Shown: positions 1 through 10,959 of the stretch, in pieces
Position numbering within the stretch: the first letter of the stretch is position 1
Layout: every line of letters begins with the position of its first letter
Assembly: GCF_018350175.1 (NCBI RefSeq)
Contig: NC_058368.1
Coordinates: 185,630,001-185,694,000, forward strand
Direction: 5' to 3'
Origin: Felis catus
Lineage: Eukaryota
Length of the DNA stretch: 64,000 nt
Made by a program: the position numbers and the translations under genes
Notes under the pieces: model-generated
What the model saw: the letters and a program-made list of their open reading frames with translations, nothing else
Databases searched by the model: none
Told to the model about the DNA's origin: nothing

Positions 1-89
1 CTCTTTCTGCACCTCCCCTGCACACTTGCTTGCTCGCTCTCTCTCTCTCTGTCTCTCTCTCAAATAAACATTAAAAAAGGAAAAAAAAA
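1..89 (+). mobile_element. Can-SINE 3' portion, cut by the window edge
   Basis: (CT)n tract, AATAAACATT and A-tail typical of the Can-SINE 3' end. Confidence 0.85.
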
Positions 90-1332
90 TCATTTCTATT
101 TCCCTTCCATTCTTGAAATAGGTGAAAGTGCTTTACCAGTAGACTGGTGCTGTGCTAGGTCTGTTAGAGATATTTAGGAGTATAAAATATGACTTTTGGT
201 CCTATGTACTTAGAGAAACTGTGAATAGAAATTATTACTGAATTGCCAAGTAAAACATAAAAATACTGTAGAATTTAGATGGAGATGCTGATGGTTACAC
301 TTACAATTAGGTAAGTAACATGGACTAAAGTGGGCATTTGAGGTCAGGTGACCTATTCAAGTATCAGACATAAGGACAGTAAGCAGAAAGGGTGAGTTGT
401 GGCATCACAGTGTATTTAAGGTGATAGTTGTGAGTCTTTTTTATGTAGTTTAACAAAACTCTGCTAAAGAGTTTTTATATTTTAATTTTTCTAATATCTA
501 GGTCTCATTAAATGATTTGATGCTGGAAAGGTCCAAATACTATATGATGAGGTAGCCTCGACAAACATGAAATTGACATATCAGTTTTCATTTGCACTTG
601 AGAAATTGTTATGGTGCATCAAGAAATTACTTAAGTGTTAAAAGTAGTCCCCTAACTAGAGTTCACACATCCACTAGTTACTAGTTACTAACCTAAAATC
701 TTGGACTTAAATTCTTCAACACTTTTTGTCTTCTTATAAATATTCCCCTCTTTTGTTAGAGATTGCCTCTCATGGCAAAGCCTAGTTTGATAGTTTCTGA
801 AGTTTTGATACTTCATTCTAGCCGTCATCTACATGCTTACTGTTAGGCAGGTACAAATTGCACTTTGTTTTGTGTCTGAGAAAAGATCACACTTCTATAT
901 GAGCAAAACCTAGACCTTATTCCACAGAGATAATAGATGCTGTAGCTGTGTATAACTATGATGTGGCCAAAGCATTTTCCTGAAGTTTCAGAATTCTAAG
1001 CTTTGAAAATTGCATTTGAAAAAAAAATTTACATGGATATTATCTAATTACTTACTAGATAACATGCTGTTGCTTCACTGTGACCCAAACAGAATTAGAC
1101 AGCTGTGTCAAACATGTCAATATCCCATAGTTCATTCCCTGATGAATCTTCAGTAGTGTGAACATGTATTATTTAAAATATGTGGGAAATATTTAGAACC
1201 TCAGAACTAAGACTGGAATCTCCCTTCTGCTATTATACGCCCTGAAGTTTAAAATGCTTTTCTTTTGAAATGCAGGTAGAAGGGGCTTTAAAATATTCGG
1301 AATATATGCATGCCTTAAAAAAATCAAATCTA

Positions 1333-1548
1333 GGGGCGCCTGGGTGGCGCAGTCGGTTAAGCGTCCGACTTCAGCCAGGTCACGATCTCCCGGTCCTGGA
1401 GTTCGAGCCCCGCGTCAGGCTCTGGGCTGATGGCTCAGAGCCTGGAGCCTGTTTCCGATTCTGTGTCTCCCTCTCTCTCTGCCCCTCCCCCGTTCATGCT
1501 CTGTCTCTCTCTGTCCCAAAAATAAATAAATGTTGAAAAAAAATTAAA
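1333..1548 (+). mobile_element. Young felid Can-SINE (SINEC_Fc-like), full length
   Basis: GGGGCGCCTGGGTGGCGCAGTCGGTTAAGCG head with Pol III A/B boxes, CpGs retained, CT tract, A-tail; perfect 16-bp TSD AAAAAAATCAAATCTA at 1317-1332 and 1549-1564 after a TT/AAAA site. Confidence 0.97.
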
Positions 1549-2281
1549 AAAAAAATCAAATCTATTTGTCATTGACTTCATTAAATTTTTTGAGATGTCT
1601 TAAAGTTTTACCTTAAGCTGAAAATAGCTTATATCATCTTCTATTTTTTTTTTTTTCTGCCAGGGTTATTTTAATTGAGGTTATATTATGCTGAGCAAGG
1701 CTATATATTACTTCTGACAAGAGGTTTTTTTGGTAAAATTTTGTAAAATGAGAGCCAAAGAAGTAACCTTTCACAATTTATTTATACAATGGTAACCATA
1801 GCTTTAACAATGTACTAGGCAGTATGAGTACAAAATTAGTTTGTCCCAATAAGTTAATCTTGCTAGAAAAAATTTTAAATAAAATTAGGCAATAAATTGA
1901 TGGAACATATATGGCCTCTCTGTACTACTAACCTTAGTAATATAAACTCACATGTTTATCCCTGCTGGTTTTTGTTATTTTGGTATTTTCCACTATCAAT
2001 TTGGATGTATGGCAGAACAGCACAAGTGCTTAGTAGTAAGGTTAGGTGTTATGTATCTGGGGAGTAACATAAAATAATTATGTAATTAATTATGTAAAAT
2101 TATTACATTAAAATAGTTATATAACATAAAATAATTGTGTTTTGTTTTGTAAAGGATGTATTTATGCTACTTCTCCCCTCCCCCAATGTTTACTTTTGCT
2201 CGAACCTTGATAAAACTGTAGTGTTATTCTCACAACCACCCTGCAAATTTGAGATTAAAAGCCAAAATTAAAAATGCTAGA

Positions 2282-2423
2282 GGGCACCTGGGTGGCTCAC
2301 TCGGTTAAGCATCCGACTTTGGCTCAGGTCATGATCTCACAGTTAGTGGGTTTGAGCCTACATCGTGCTATGGGCTGACAGCTCAGCCTGGAGCCTGCTT
2401 CAGATTCTGTCTGTCTGTGTCTG

Positions 2424-2482
<59 letters not shown>

Positions 2483-2543
2483 GCCCCTCCTCAGCTCACA
2501 TTCTATGTCTCTCAAAAATAAATAAAATGTTAAAAAAAATTTT
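2282..2543 (+). mobile_element. Can-SINE with expanded (CT)n
   Basis: GGGCACCTGGGTGGCTCA head, long CT microsatellite, AATAAA/A-tail, AAATGCTAGA repeated on both flanks. Confidence 0.93.
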
Positions 2544-3049
2544 AAATGCTAGAAAATGATATGTGATATTTAAATATCTATCACTATATTCAGTCCATTT
2601 GCCCTCTTCATGTACAAGATGCCTTTTTATATATTATATTATTAGTTATCTTTGCATGAATCCCAAGGGTATCTCCACTTTCTCATTTTATGCTGGCACT
2701 CAAGTTCCTGTCTCATACGTCTTTTTATTTTTAAATATGATATAAGGCCTAATACAGAATAGAACCTCAATAATTGTTTGTGGATGATAAGTTGGTTCCT
2801 AAGTGTCTTACTGCAGCGATTCTAAGGGCAATAAGGAATCCATCAGAATTACATGGGAAAAATTTTCAAACTTCACACACAGTTCTAAAAGATCCTAACT
2901 TCCCCCGACCGTAGTAAGCTGATGGTTCTCACGGGAATGTATCTTAGTCTTCAAGTATATTGGGCTATGATCCAAGTTGAAAAAAAATGTCCTTGTTAAA
3001 AAAAAATGTCTTGAGGCTTCAGCTGCATCATCTTTTTAGATCATTTATA

Positions 3050-3345
3050 GCCACACTATTCTGAGTGTCTCCTGTGGACCAATGCCAGTCCATAAACTCT
3101 TGTAAGAGGTTGCAATAAATACAAAATTTGAGAGACCATATGTATAAACTTTAAGATAAATTTGACATTGCCTTGACACCTAAACAACTGATCCACAGGC
3201 TTGCATTTTCTGTATTTTTGTTAATATTTTGTTTTACTATGAATTATGTGGAAAATATATTTCTTAATTTAATCCATTTAAAATGAATTGGAAATTAAAA
3301 ATAAACAAAACCTGAATCTTTTACTACAGATAATTTGAGAGGAAG
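3050..3345. mobile_element. Ancient hAT-Charlie-class DNA transposon relic (family uncertain)
   Basis: Degenerate GTGGACC..GCCAGTCC..AAATTTGACATTGCC..CAGATAATTTGAGA pattern recalled from Charlie/MER elements. Confidence 0.45.
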
Positions 3346-3882
3346 TGAGAGCATATGTAGTAAAAAGGCATTTTCTTGGCTTTTGGAATTCTTCTTTCCT
3401 TATTAATATTACTATGGTTATTGAAGACCTGGAATAGGCCGAGTATGTTATTACATTATTTTTCAGAACATGAAGATGCCTTACAGAATAGATTTGACTA
3501 TTAATATGTGCTTAGTCATGGTCAGTATTATTTGGTTTGGAAAATGTCTGAAAGAGAAATGTCATACAGGGGAAAGTATGGAATGAAAACTATGAATGTT
3601 ACCTTGAAATCTATTCTGATTAAGATTCTTTTCTCTCTCTGTGAGGGCTATCATTTCTCAGTACTACTTTGGAAGGAGGAGCAAATCCATGCCATATCAG
3701 AATCCTTTAAGTTTTTTGACATCTACTTGCCAACTTTCCATATTGAACACTGTTTTGACAGAAATGGAGACAGCTGTGTTTATTTCCTAAGAGAGTTCAG
3801 AAGTTTAGAGAAAAGAAAGGTGTTTATCCTAGTGGTGTAAATGTTTTTTTAAATAATAAAATTTAATAGTAATATAATAGTT

Positions 3883-4076
3883 GTATATATGTGAATATAT
3901 ACTCATGTGTATATGTATATAAATATATATCAAGCACCTTGTTTCATGTTTCCATTATGTATATATATGTGTATACATGTATACATACATGTATACACAC
4001 ATGTGTATGTATGTATACACATATGCACGTGTGTGTGTGTATATATACACACACATACATACATACATACACATAT
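3883..4076. repeat. Compound (TA)n/(TG)n/(CA)n/(TACA)n simple repeat
   Basis: Alternating purine-pyrimidine tract seen directly; produces the spurious YIHT/CVY ORFs. Confidence 0.9.
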
Positions 4077-5409
4077 CAAACACCCCATTTAATGTTTCCA
4101 ATGTGTAGAATAACTGCCCCTTCTGCTTTCCGAAACCCAATATGAACAGATACTTCCTGGTCTATAGCTGTGAGATGCAACAATGTAACACCAAATGAAT
4201 ACACACCATATAGGAAAGATACCAGGCGAAAAAATGTTAAATTATTTATAAGCTCAACTCATGTCTATTCTGAACACAAATGCCATGAAAGAGAGATGTG
4301 GAGAAAGACACAAAGCAGAATGAAAATTGTTGCTATTAAAAGGGGAGTGCAAAAACAAGCACAAGTAGGAACAAAATCAATAAACATCTGACAACCCATT
4401 CCCTTGTTAGATAGGTGCTAGAATGCTTAATTAGAGAAGGACTTTGTTGGTATATAGAGCTTACAGAGAGTGCCTCCATTTCTCTGTCCCTAGGAACATA
4501 ATCATCGCATCTTTACAGAGGGCAGTGTATATCCATAAAACAAATGCTGACAAGCAAAACATTAAAAAAGTCTGTTGACATATCTGCCAGAAAGATTATT
4601 TAGTTTAAGCTTTCTGTTTTAATAAAAGTGCATGAGGCATAACAACAACAACGATCTCTACTCCCTTTTAAAAACAAATGGAAGAAAAAAAAACCCACCT
4701 TATTCTAAAACACTCCAAAGAAATCAGAATTATTTATAAACTGTGCAATGTCATATGCCCTGGTACTGTTGGGATAGGAAAAGAAAGAGGGGGAAGAAAA
4801 AAAGGAAAAAAAGTGCTGTAAACCAAGTCACAATGCAACTGTGTGCTGATTAGAAACCGCAGGTCTGTTTCAAACAAACTTTATTCAAATCACCTTGTTA
4901 TCCAACAGGGGCTGCTTTAAATGGTCATCTTACATGAACCCCAGATTATTGTCAAGAAAACAAACACCTACATATAAGGTTATCTGGTTGCTATTGAGCC
5001 TAGTATGACAACTGAGAGTTAATGGACAAAAAATATTAAGCTAAAATCCATGCTCTGTGTTGTATGTCAACAGTGAGTTGAAAGAACATCCCCCACTCTG
5101 GTCAGTCACCAATTCCCCCCAAAGCCTACCAAAAGCATATAACTGTTTGGCACACAGGTTATCATACCACAGAGATTGTTACTATAACCATATGTACTAC
5201 CTAAAGGATTCTGCCACCAAATTAGGAAAAGCTAGCTGTTTGCTCAGGAAGTAACCATATACGCAGATGTAATGACAGTTTGGGAGGTTGATTCACAAAT
5301 CCATTTTGAAAACATTGATAAGAACAATATCCTAGAAATAAGTATGTGGATAAAAGTCATGCAGTCTTCTTTATGGGCTATTCTGATTACACAAACTGAG
5401 AAGGTTTGG

Positions 5410-5745
5410 CATATGAGTTATCAATTGCTGTGTAAAAAATTACCTAAAATTTAGCAGATGAAAACAATTTATTATTTCACACAATTTCTTGGGATCAGAA
5501 CTCTGGGACCAGCTTAGCTGAGGACTGCTTCTTGCTCAGCATCTCTTATGAGATGGCTAATAAGCTGTTGACTGAACCTGCAGTGTTTCTGAAGTATCTG
5601 GAAGAGCTACTTCTAAGCTCACTCACCCGGCCATTGGCAGGAGGCTTTGTTTCCTTAACATGCAGGGCTTTCCATGAGGCTCATGACACAGCTTCTTTCA
5701 GAGAATGGAATCTGAGAGAGAGGAAGTAAGGGAAAAAGAGATCCC
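5410..5745 (-). mobile_element. MLT1-type MaLR LTR
   Basis: GTTATCAATTGCTGTGTAAAAAATTACCTAAAATTTAG..AAAACAATTTATTATTTCACACA..CAGCTTAGCTG matches the reverse complement of the MLT1 3' end. Confidence 0.75.
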
Positions 5746-5749
5746 ACAG

Positions 5750-6590
5750 TTTGGTGGTCCTCTGGAATGATGGTTTCCAGGCTTCCCTCTGGCCCAAATG
5801 GTCCAACTTCTTCCCACATGTGAAATATGCTCACACCCTCCTAGCCACCCTGCAAATTTCATCACATCATGGCTTCAGGGATACCTTCAGTATCAGCTCG
5901 TTGAAGGCCCCGGTGTAGATTAGTCTCCTCACATGCAGTTCCTGACTTGTTGCTCCTCCAGTAGAGTACCTTTGGACCTGCAAGTCAGAGGAATAGAGTC
6001 AACTGCCCCAACACACTCAACATTCAATGATGCTTAAGGCAGAGTATAACCACTGAAGACCTTTCTTTTCCAAAAGGGAGAAAAATGAGAAGTGCAAAGG
6101 AGTCACAGATCCATAGTAATTGTAATATATATTCAGGTAAATGTAGCAAGTTCCTTAATTAAGATGTCATTCTGCTATTTTCCCAATGCTCTCCTGTACT
6201 ATGAATTCTTTCGACTTTCTGGTGAGCAATTGCTTCTGCATTCTAAGTCACCCTTCATTTCCCATGAAAAGTAGCCCAGGATTTTAGCTGAGTATATTCC
6301 TCAGCCTGTTTCTGGTTTGTAGAAACTTGAGGTTCCTAATTTTTTTTTGAACGATTTCTGTCCCTTCTAAGCTGGAACATACATGATTCTGCCTATATGA
6401 TTTAAAAAATTTTGTGCATCTCTTATGTATATTTAATGAGGTTCATTTCAGTAGACCAGAGCCATTCTAAAAATGTCTTCATTAAAATTTTTCTACCTTA
6501 GTCCTTTCATAAGGAGCAATACCCTTCAACTTTTTAGAAGCTCTGTTGTTTGCTTGAGAGAATCTGTGAATCACACCATTAAAGAAAATC
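5750..6590 (-). mobile_element. MaLR (MLT1) internal sequence adjoining the LTR
   Basis: CTTCCCACATGTGAAATATGCTCACACCCTCC and CCAAAAGGGAGAAAAATGAGAAG motifs recalled from MLT-int; contiguous with the LTR. Confidence 0.55.
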
Positions 6591-6599
6591 TTGTAAGGA

Positions 6600-7600
6600 T
6601 ACAGCAGATCTAAACAAAACCACAGGTAAAATTGGCTTAATTGACATATATGGAATATTCCAACCACAACTAAAGAACGCACATTGCACTTAACTATACA
6701 TAGAAATTTATTAATATCTGCCATGTTCTGGGCAATAAAGACAAACCTAGCAAATTTAAAGAAAGTAAAATCATACAAAGTAGGACTTCCACTCCAGGAC
6801 ATAAAAGCAGTTTTCGCTAATCCTCGTGCTAAGTGGAGCTAAAAATCCTGGACATGATATGTAAAACAATAGAAAATTTTGAATGGTGGAAAGAAGGCTG
6901 ACCAACAAGGAGTCTTGGGTGTAAGGAACTGCAATTTTGTTGGTTTTCTTTTGCCTCATATATCACAGAGTGGGGTGCTGAAAAAGCCAGCAACCCAGAA
7001 ATACCAATGGGTGAGGCCAAAAACTCCCAAGAAAAGTCTGCTCTCCCCAGTCAAAAACTAGAGAAAGAGCAGCCTAGAAAGAGAGAAAATTAGACAACAA
7101 TTATCTTACTTGAAAGAAACATCACAAAAACTCTGCAGCCCTACTTCCAGTGCTCTCTATGAAGACTGAGAGGGAGACTAGACCAGTCCTTACTGGACTA
7201 TAATGAAACCTCCTTCTCCTTCCAACTGGGGCTATTGGAGAAGATGGGATGAGGGACAAGATTTTCACTCTGCTTGGCACAAAAACTACATGGGAGACCA
7301 GGACTTCCATCCCCACACAGTGCTAACAGGATACAAGTTCTCCTCACTGGATTGGTGTCAGAAAAGGTGATGTGGGAAGCCAGGACTTTCACAGCCTTCT
7401 AGAGTTACCAACTCCTTGATCTTTCAGGAGAGGCATAGGGAAGCAGTATGAGGCTGTCCTGCCCCTCTGGACCAGGGTAGTGATACACAGGGGGCTAATA
7501 GGAGATTGAACTCCCACACTTGACCAGCTATAATGAGGCACCATTTTCTCCTACCAGGGTCTGGATGGCCATTAAGTAGAAAACAGAGACTAACTTTGGG
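6600..7600 (+). mobile_element. Ancient L1 fragments (ORF2 endonuclease piece ~6600-6782, then L1M 5'-region-like sequence)
   Basis: TTAATTGACATATATGGAATATTCCAACCACA..CTGGGCAATAAAGACAAACCTAGCAAATTTAAAG resembles L1 EN; GGACTTCC..CTAAAAATCCTGGACA resembles an old L1 5' end. Confidence 0.55.
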
Positions 7601-7699
7601 TGGGACTTGCTCAAGTGGATTGTCCAGAACTTTTTTCCTCTTCCCTTTGTTTAGTCCACTCCAGTTGTCCCCATTCTTTGTAGCCTTTCATTTCATGTG

Positions 7700-7990
7700 A
7701 GTGAAATGGCTCCTTGCAGCACGTAGGGCAACATATAGTTGAGCCTACATCTGGTAAAGGAAAAATGGCTTACTCCCTGATACTCCCCAAAAAGATCCTG
7801 AAATTGAGTCTTCTTGGGCCATTTTGTCTTAGTTGGATTATGTGCCCATTTCTTAAGAAATCCAAGTAGGAAAGGAGTGTGGGACACCCTTATGGACTTA
7901 AGTCGCTCCCTCTCCCTCTACTCCAGATAAAATTTAGGATACTGTTGTAAAAGAGAGGGTGCATGTATACTGGAAGGTGATTATCAAAAG
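7700..7990 (-). mobile_element. Old MLT1 (J/K/L-like) LTR fragment
   Basis: AAAGATCCTGAAATTGAGTCT..GGATTATGTGCCCATTTC..AAAATTTAGGATACTGTTGTAAAAG pattern. Confidence 0.4.
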
Positions 7991-9429
7991 CACACTTAAA
8001 CATAGAAATTCAGTTTGGGGGTACACATATCATATAATATCTATTTTGCAATTCATTTTTTCATTTATAAACATAATTGTAAGTCAAAAATTATAGAATT
8101 ACCCCTTAAAGACCATGGTATTTAATTGTATGAATATATTTTATCATTTAATGGACAGTTAAGTCTTTTTTGTTTTTGGTTTTTGCTCTTACAAACAGGG
8201 AGGCAATAAATATCTTCGTGTGTAAAGTCTTCAAACACCATTCAATTATAGTTACAATTTCCCTAAAATTGAAAAATAAACACTTTTTTTCCTGTTTGCC
8301 TTTAAAAACTTACTAGGGGAAAGAGTGATTTCAAATATGAAAAATTGATACATCACTTGACATTATGTAAACAGGGCATATGGTAAGAGTAATGTGGGAT
8401 TTTTAACACATTCTAGGTTTCTGCAGTATGTTAGGTATTGAAACATCATTATCCTTCCATCTTCCTCAAGCATGTTAATTTTAAGCTCCACTTCTCAACC
8501 ATATATAGTATGGTTTCCAATAAAAAATAGAAAGCTAAGCACTCGGCTTCATCTCCAATTTTAGTCCGATAAAAACACACAGCCACCTCCTCAATGTAAA
8601 TACTTCAGGCAGTGGGGCTGATATAGCTTAATGTTTTCTAATGCTTTTGTTCAATGCTCCAGTTCTTTATTTTGAAATATCTCTCCCAATTTCTGAGCTT
8701 ACCATAGAATGCTATGTGAGTAACAACAGCAGATGTCTTGGTATGTCTATTTTGTCAAGAATATCAGGATAGCTGAGAAACTATTTACAAACTATGGAAA
8801 TGTTACTTTCATTTTTCTACAAGACGGTGGTGATTCTGTTTTAAGTGCAAAATGTGTTTTAAACCAGAAAGGGATAAAATGGAAGATGTAACATTTTATA
8901 TTATTTTGCTTTTATGACGAACACATGAAAATTTGTGTTGATTCTGTTGATGGTTTTACTCCCCTTTTTCTTCTTTAGCTTATTTGTTAAGTCACTCTTT
9001 AGGACCACTTGAGCTTAAAATGCTGTGGATTTTCACTTTATTATTCCATTTTGAGATGCCTTAGTACCCAAAATGAAAGTGTCTTTCCCTCACTGAAGAA
9101 TTTGTTTAAAAGTTATTCATAGGGATCACGATTGTTCAAGGTTCACTGTCATTTTTTTTCTAGTTTAGAGGTCAACCAAAGTAATATGGTTAATTGGAAT
9201 AATTGCAGCATCCCTCTCTAGATTTTAAGTGGAATCAGATCCATGGTCTCTCTCATCTTCAGGACTATTCTTGGTATATGAAGTTATAAACATGTCCATC
9301 TTACCAGTGAGGCAGTCTTTTAGCAGTCTCTGCCTTCCTCTGCTCAAGTCACTAGTATCAGCAGAGTCAGATCTAGGCTTAAATCATGTCCTATTACTAC
9401 TAGGTCTATCTGCTGCCCCCAAATTAGAC

Positions 9430-10200
9430 ACGCCATATTTGTTTGTATTCCATATTTAAAAAAATTTCCTTTCTTCTTATTGTTTCTTGCATTTCAGAAC
9501 TTTTTTTCCCTCTTTCTTCTTGTCATATTCCTCCTTTTGGAATATTTTTTTAAGCAGTTCATTTAATAAAGACATATTTATGAGAAAGTCTCTGCTTTTA
9601 GTAACTTGAAGTTGTCTTTATTTTACCCTTATTCTTGAAAGGGTTTACCTAAATTGCTTATAGAATACTGATAGTTGTTTTCATCAGTGATTTGAAAAGG
9701 ATGCTTCACTCTTTTGATTTTGTTCCTGTTAAGTCAGCCAAATATTTCCCCTTTACTTTTTTGTTTTTTTGAGGCAAACCTTTTCTATTCCTTTGAAGAA
9801 CTTATGTGTTTGTGTCCCGCAAAAAATTCACTGCAATATGGGTAGGTGTGAATTTTTTAAAAGTTTATTTTGGTTGGTATTGACAATCCAGGACCTACAC
9901 TTGCGTATTTTTTTTACCTAATCTAGGACCTTCACATGTATTACTTTAAAAAAAAATATTGCCTTACCTCATTAATTATGAGTTCCATTTTATCCTCGTA
10001 GAACGTGAGATAATGTATGGTCATCATCTTCCATCTCTTTATATTGAATTGTGGATAATTTCTTCAGATCTGTCTTCCAGTTCTCTTCTGTGTCCTGTGG
10101 TTGTGAATGTGTGACCTAACCTATCTATGCCACTTTTAATGTTAAATTTTAACAAATTTTGCTTCATTCATTGAAAATATCCCTGCTCAGTTTTCATAAT
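9430..10200 (-). mobile_element. Ancient L1M fragment
   Basis: T-rich strand with GTCTTTATTTTACCCTTATTCTTGAAAG and ATAATTTCTTCAGATCTGTCTTCCAGTTC, typical of antisense old L1 ORF1 region. Confidence 0.55.
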
Positions 10201-10218
10201 CTTTCCGTAAACACTTCT

Positions 10219-10307
10219 GAGCAAGCACAGAACCCAGACCCACAAACTGTGAGATCATGACCTGAGCTGAAGTCAGATGCTCAACTGACTGAGGCACCAG
10301 GTGCCCC
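10219..10307 (-). mobile_element. Can-SINE 5' fragment (3' part missing)
   Basis: Reverse complement of GGGGCACCTGGTGCCTCAGTCAGTTGAGCATCTGACTTCAGCTCAGGTCATGATCTCACAGTTTGTGGG; no CT tract or tail. Confidence 0.85.
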
Positions 10308-10523
10308 TTTTAAATTTTTTTTTTAATGTTCATTTTTGAGAGAGAGAGAGAAGCAGCATGAGCCAGGGAGGAGCAGAGAGAGAGGGAGACACAGAATCTG
10401 AAGCAGGTTCCAGGCTCTGAGCTGTCAGCACAGATCCTGGCCCAGGGCTTAGATTCAGGAACCGCAAGATCATGACCTGAGCCAAAGTCCAATGCTTAAC
10501 TAACTGAGCCACCTAGGCGTCCC
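10308..10523 (-). mobile_element. Can-SINE, full length
   Basis: T-tail, (GA)n, GACACAGAATCTGAAGCAGG body, head ending CCTAGGCGTCCC. Confidence 0.93.
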
Positions 10524-10857
10524 TGAAGCCTTGTTTTAAGGCATATTCCTTCAAAAAGGATTTGCATAAATCTGTGGCAGACAATTAAGCATATTATCAA
10601 CCTGACATCAGTTTATGCCAACGTGTTTTTCACAAATATGGATTTTACCCTTTAATAGCTGTATGATTTTGGGTAAGTTACATTATTTGTAATCTCCCTT
10701 TCTCATTTGAATTATAGATACAATAAAATAGTAGTACTTAGCTAATAAGTTCTGAAATCATACAGTTTCATGTAATATTACCTCTTTTTCATCCTACGTG
10801 AAAGAAATAATTCTTTCTTAGTAATTCTCTTAGTAATTCTAAGACTTGCCCTAATGT

Positions 10858-10959
10858 TGGGACAGCTGACTGGCTCAATCAGTGGAGCATGAAACTCTTA
10901 ATCTTGGGGTTAAGAGTTAGAGGCTCACATCTGGTATACAGATTACATAAAATAAACAA
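10858..10959 (+). mobile_element. Short older tRNA-Lys-like carnivore SINE (SINEC_c-like)
   Basis: GACTGGCTCAATCAGTGGAGCATGAAACTCTTAATCTTGGGGTT..CAGATTAC and A-tail; degenerate 17-bp TSD at 10841-10857 and 10960-10976. Confidence 0.8.

Noticed and set aside
544..605. Box C motif (ATGATGA; also GTGATGA near 52107) suggesting C/D snoRNA
   Set aside because: No properly placed CTGA box D or terminal stem
1270..1536. 88-aa ORF and similar ORFs (MAQLVK.., SLSLSL.., ERERER..)
   Set aside because: Translations of Can-SINE bodies and their CT/GA tracts
3891..4145. Overlapping ORFs rich in Y/I/H/T/C/V
   Set aside because: Artefacts of the dinucleotide repeat, which lacks stop codons
10858..10935. 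tRNA-Lys gene (also 49000-49075)
   Set aside because: Followed by SINE-specific tail and TSDs, with a broken acceptor stem; these are tRNA-derived SINEs
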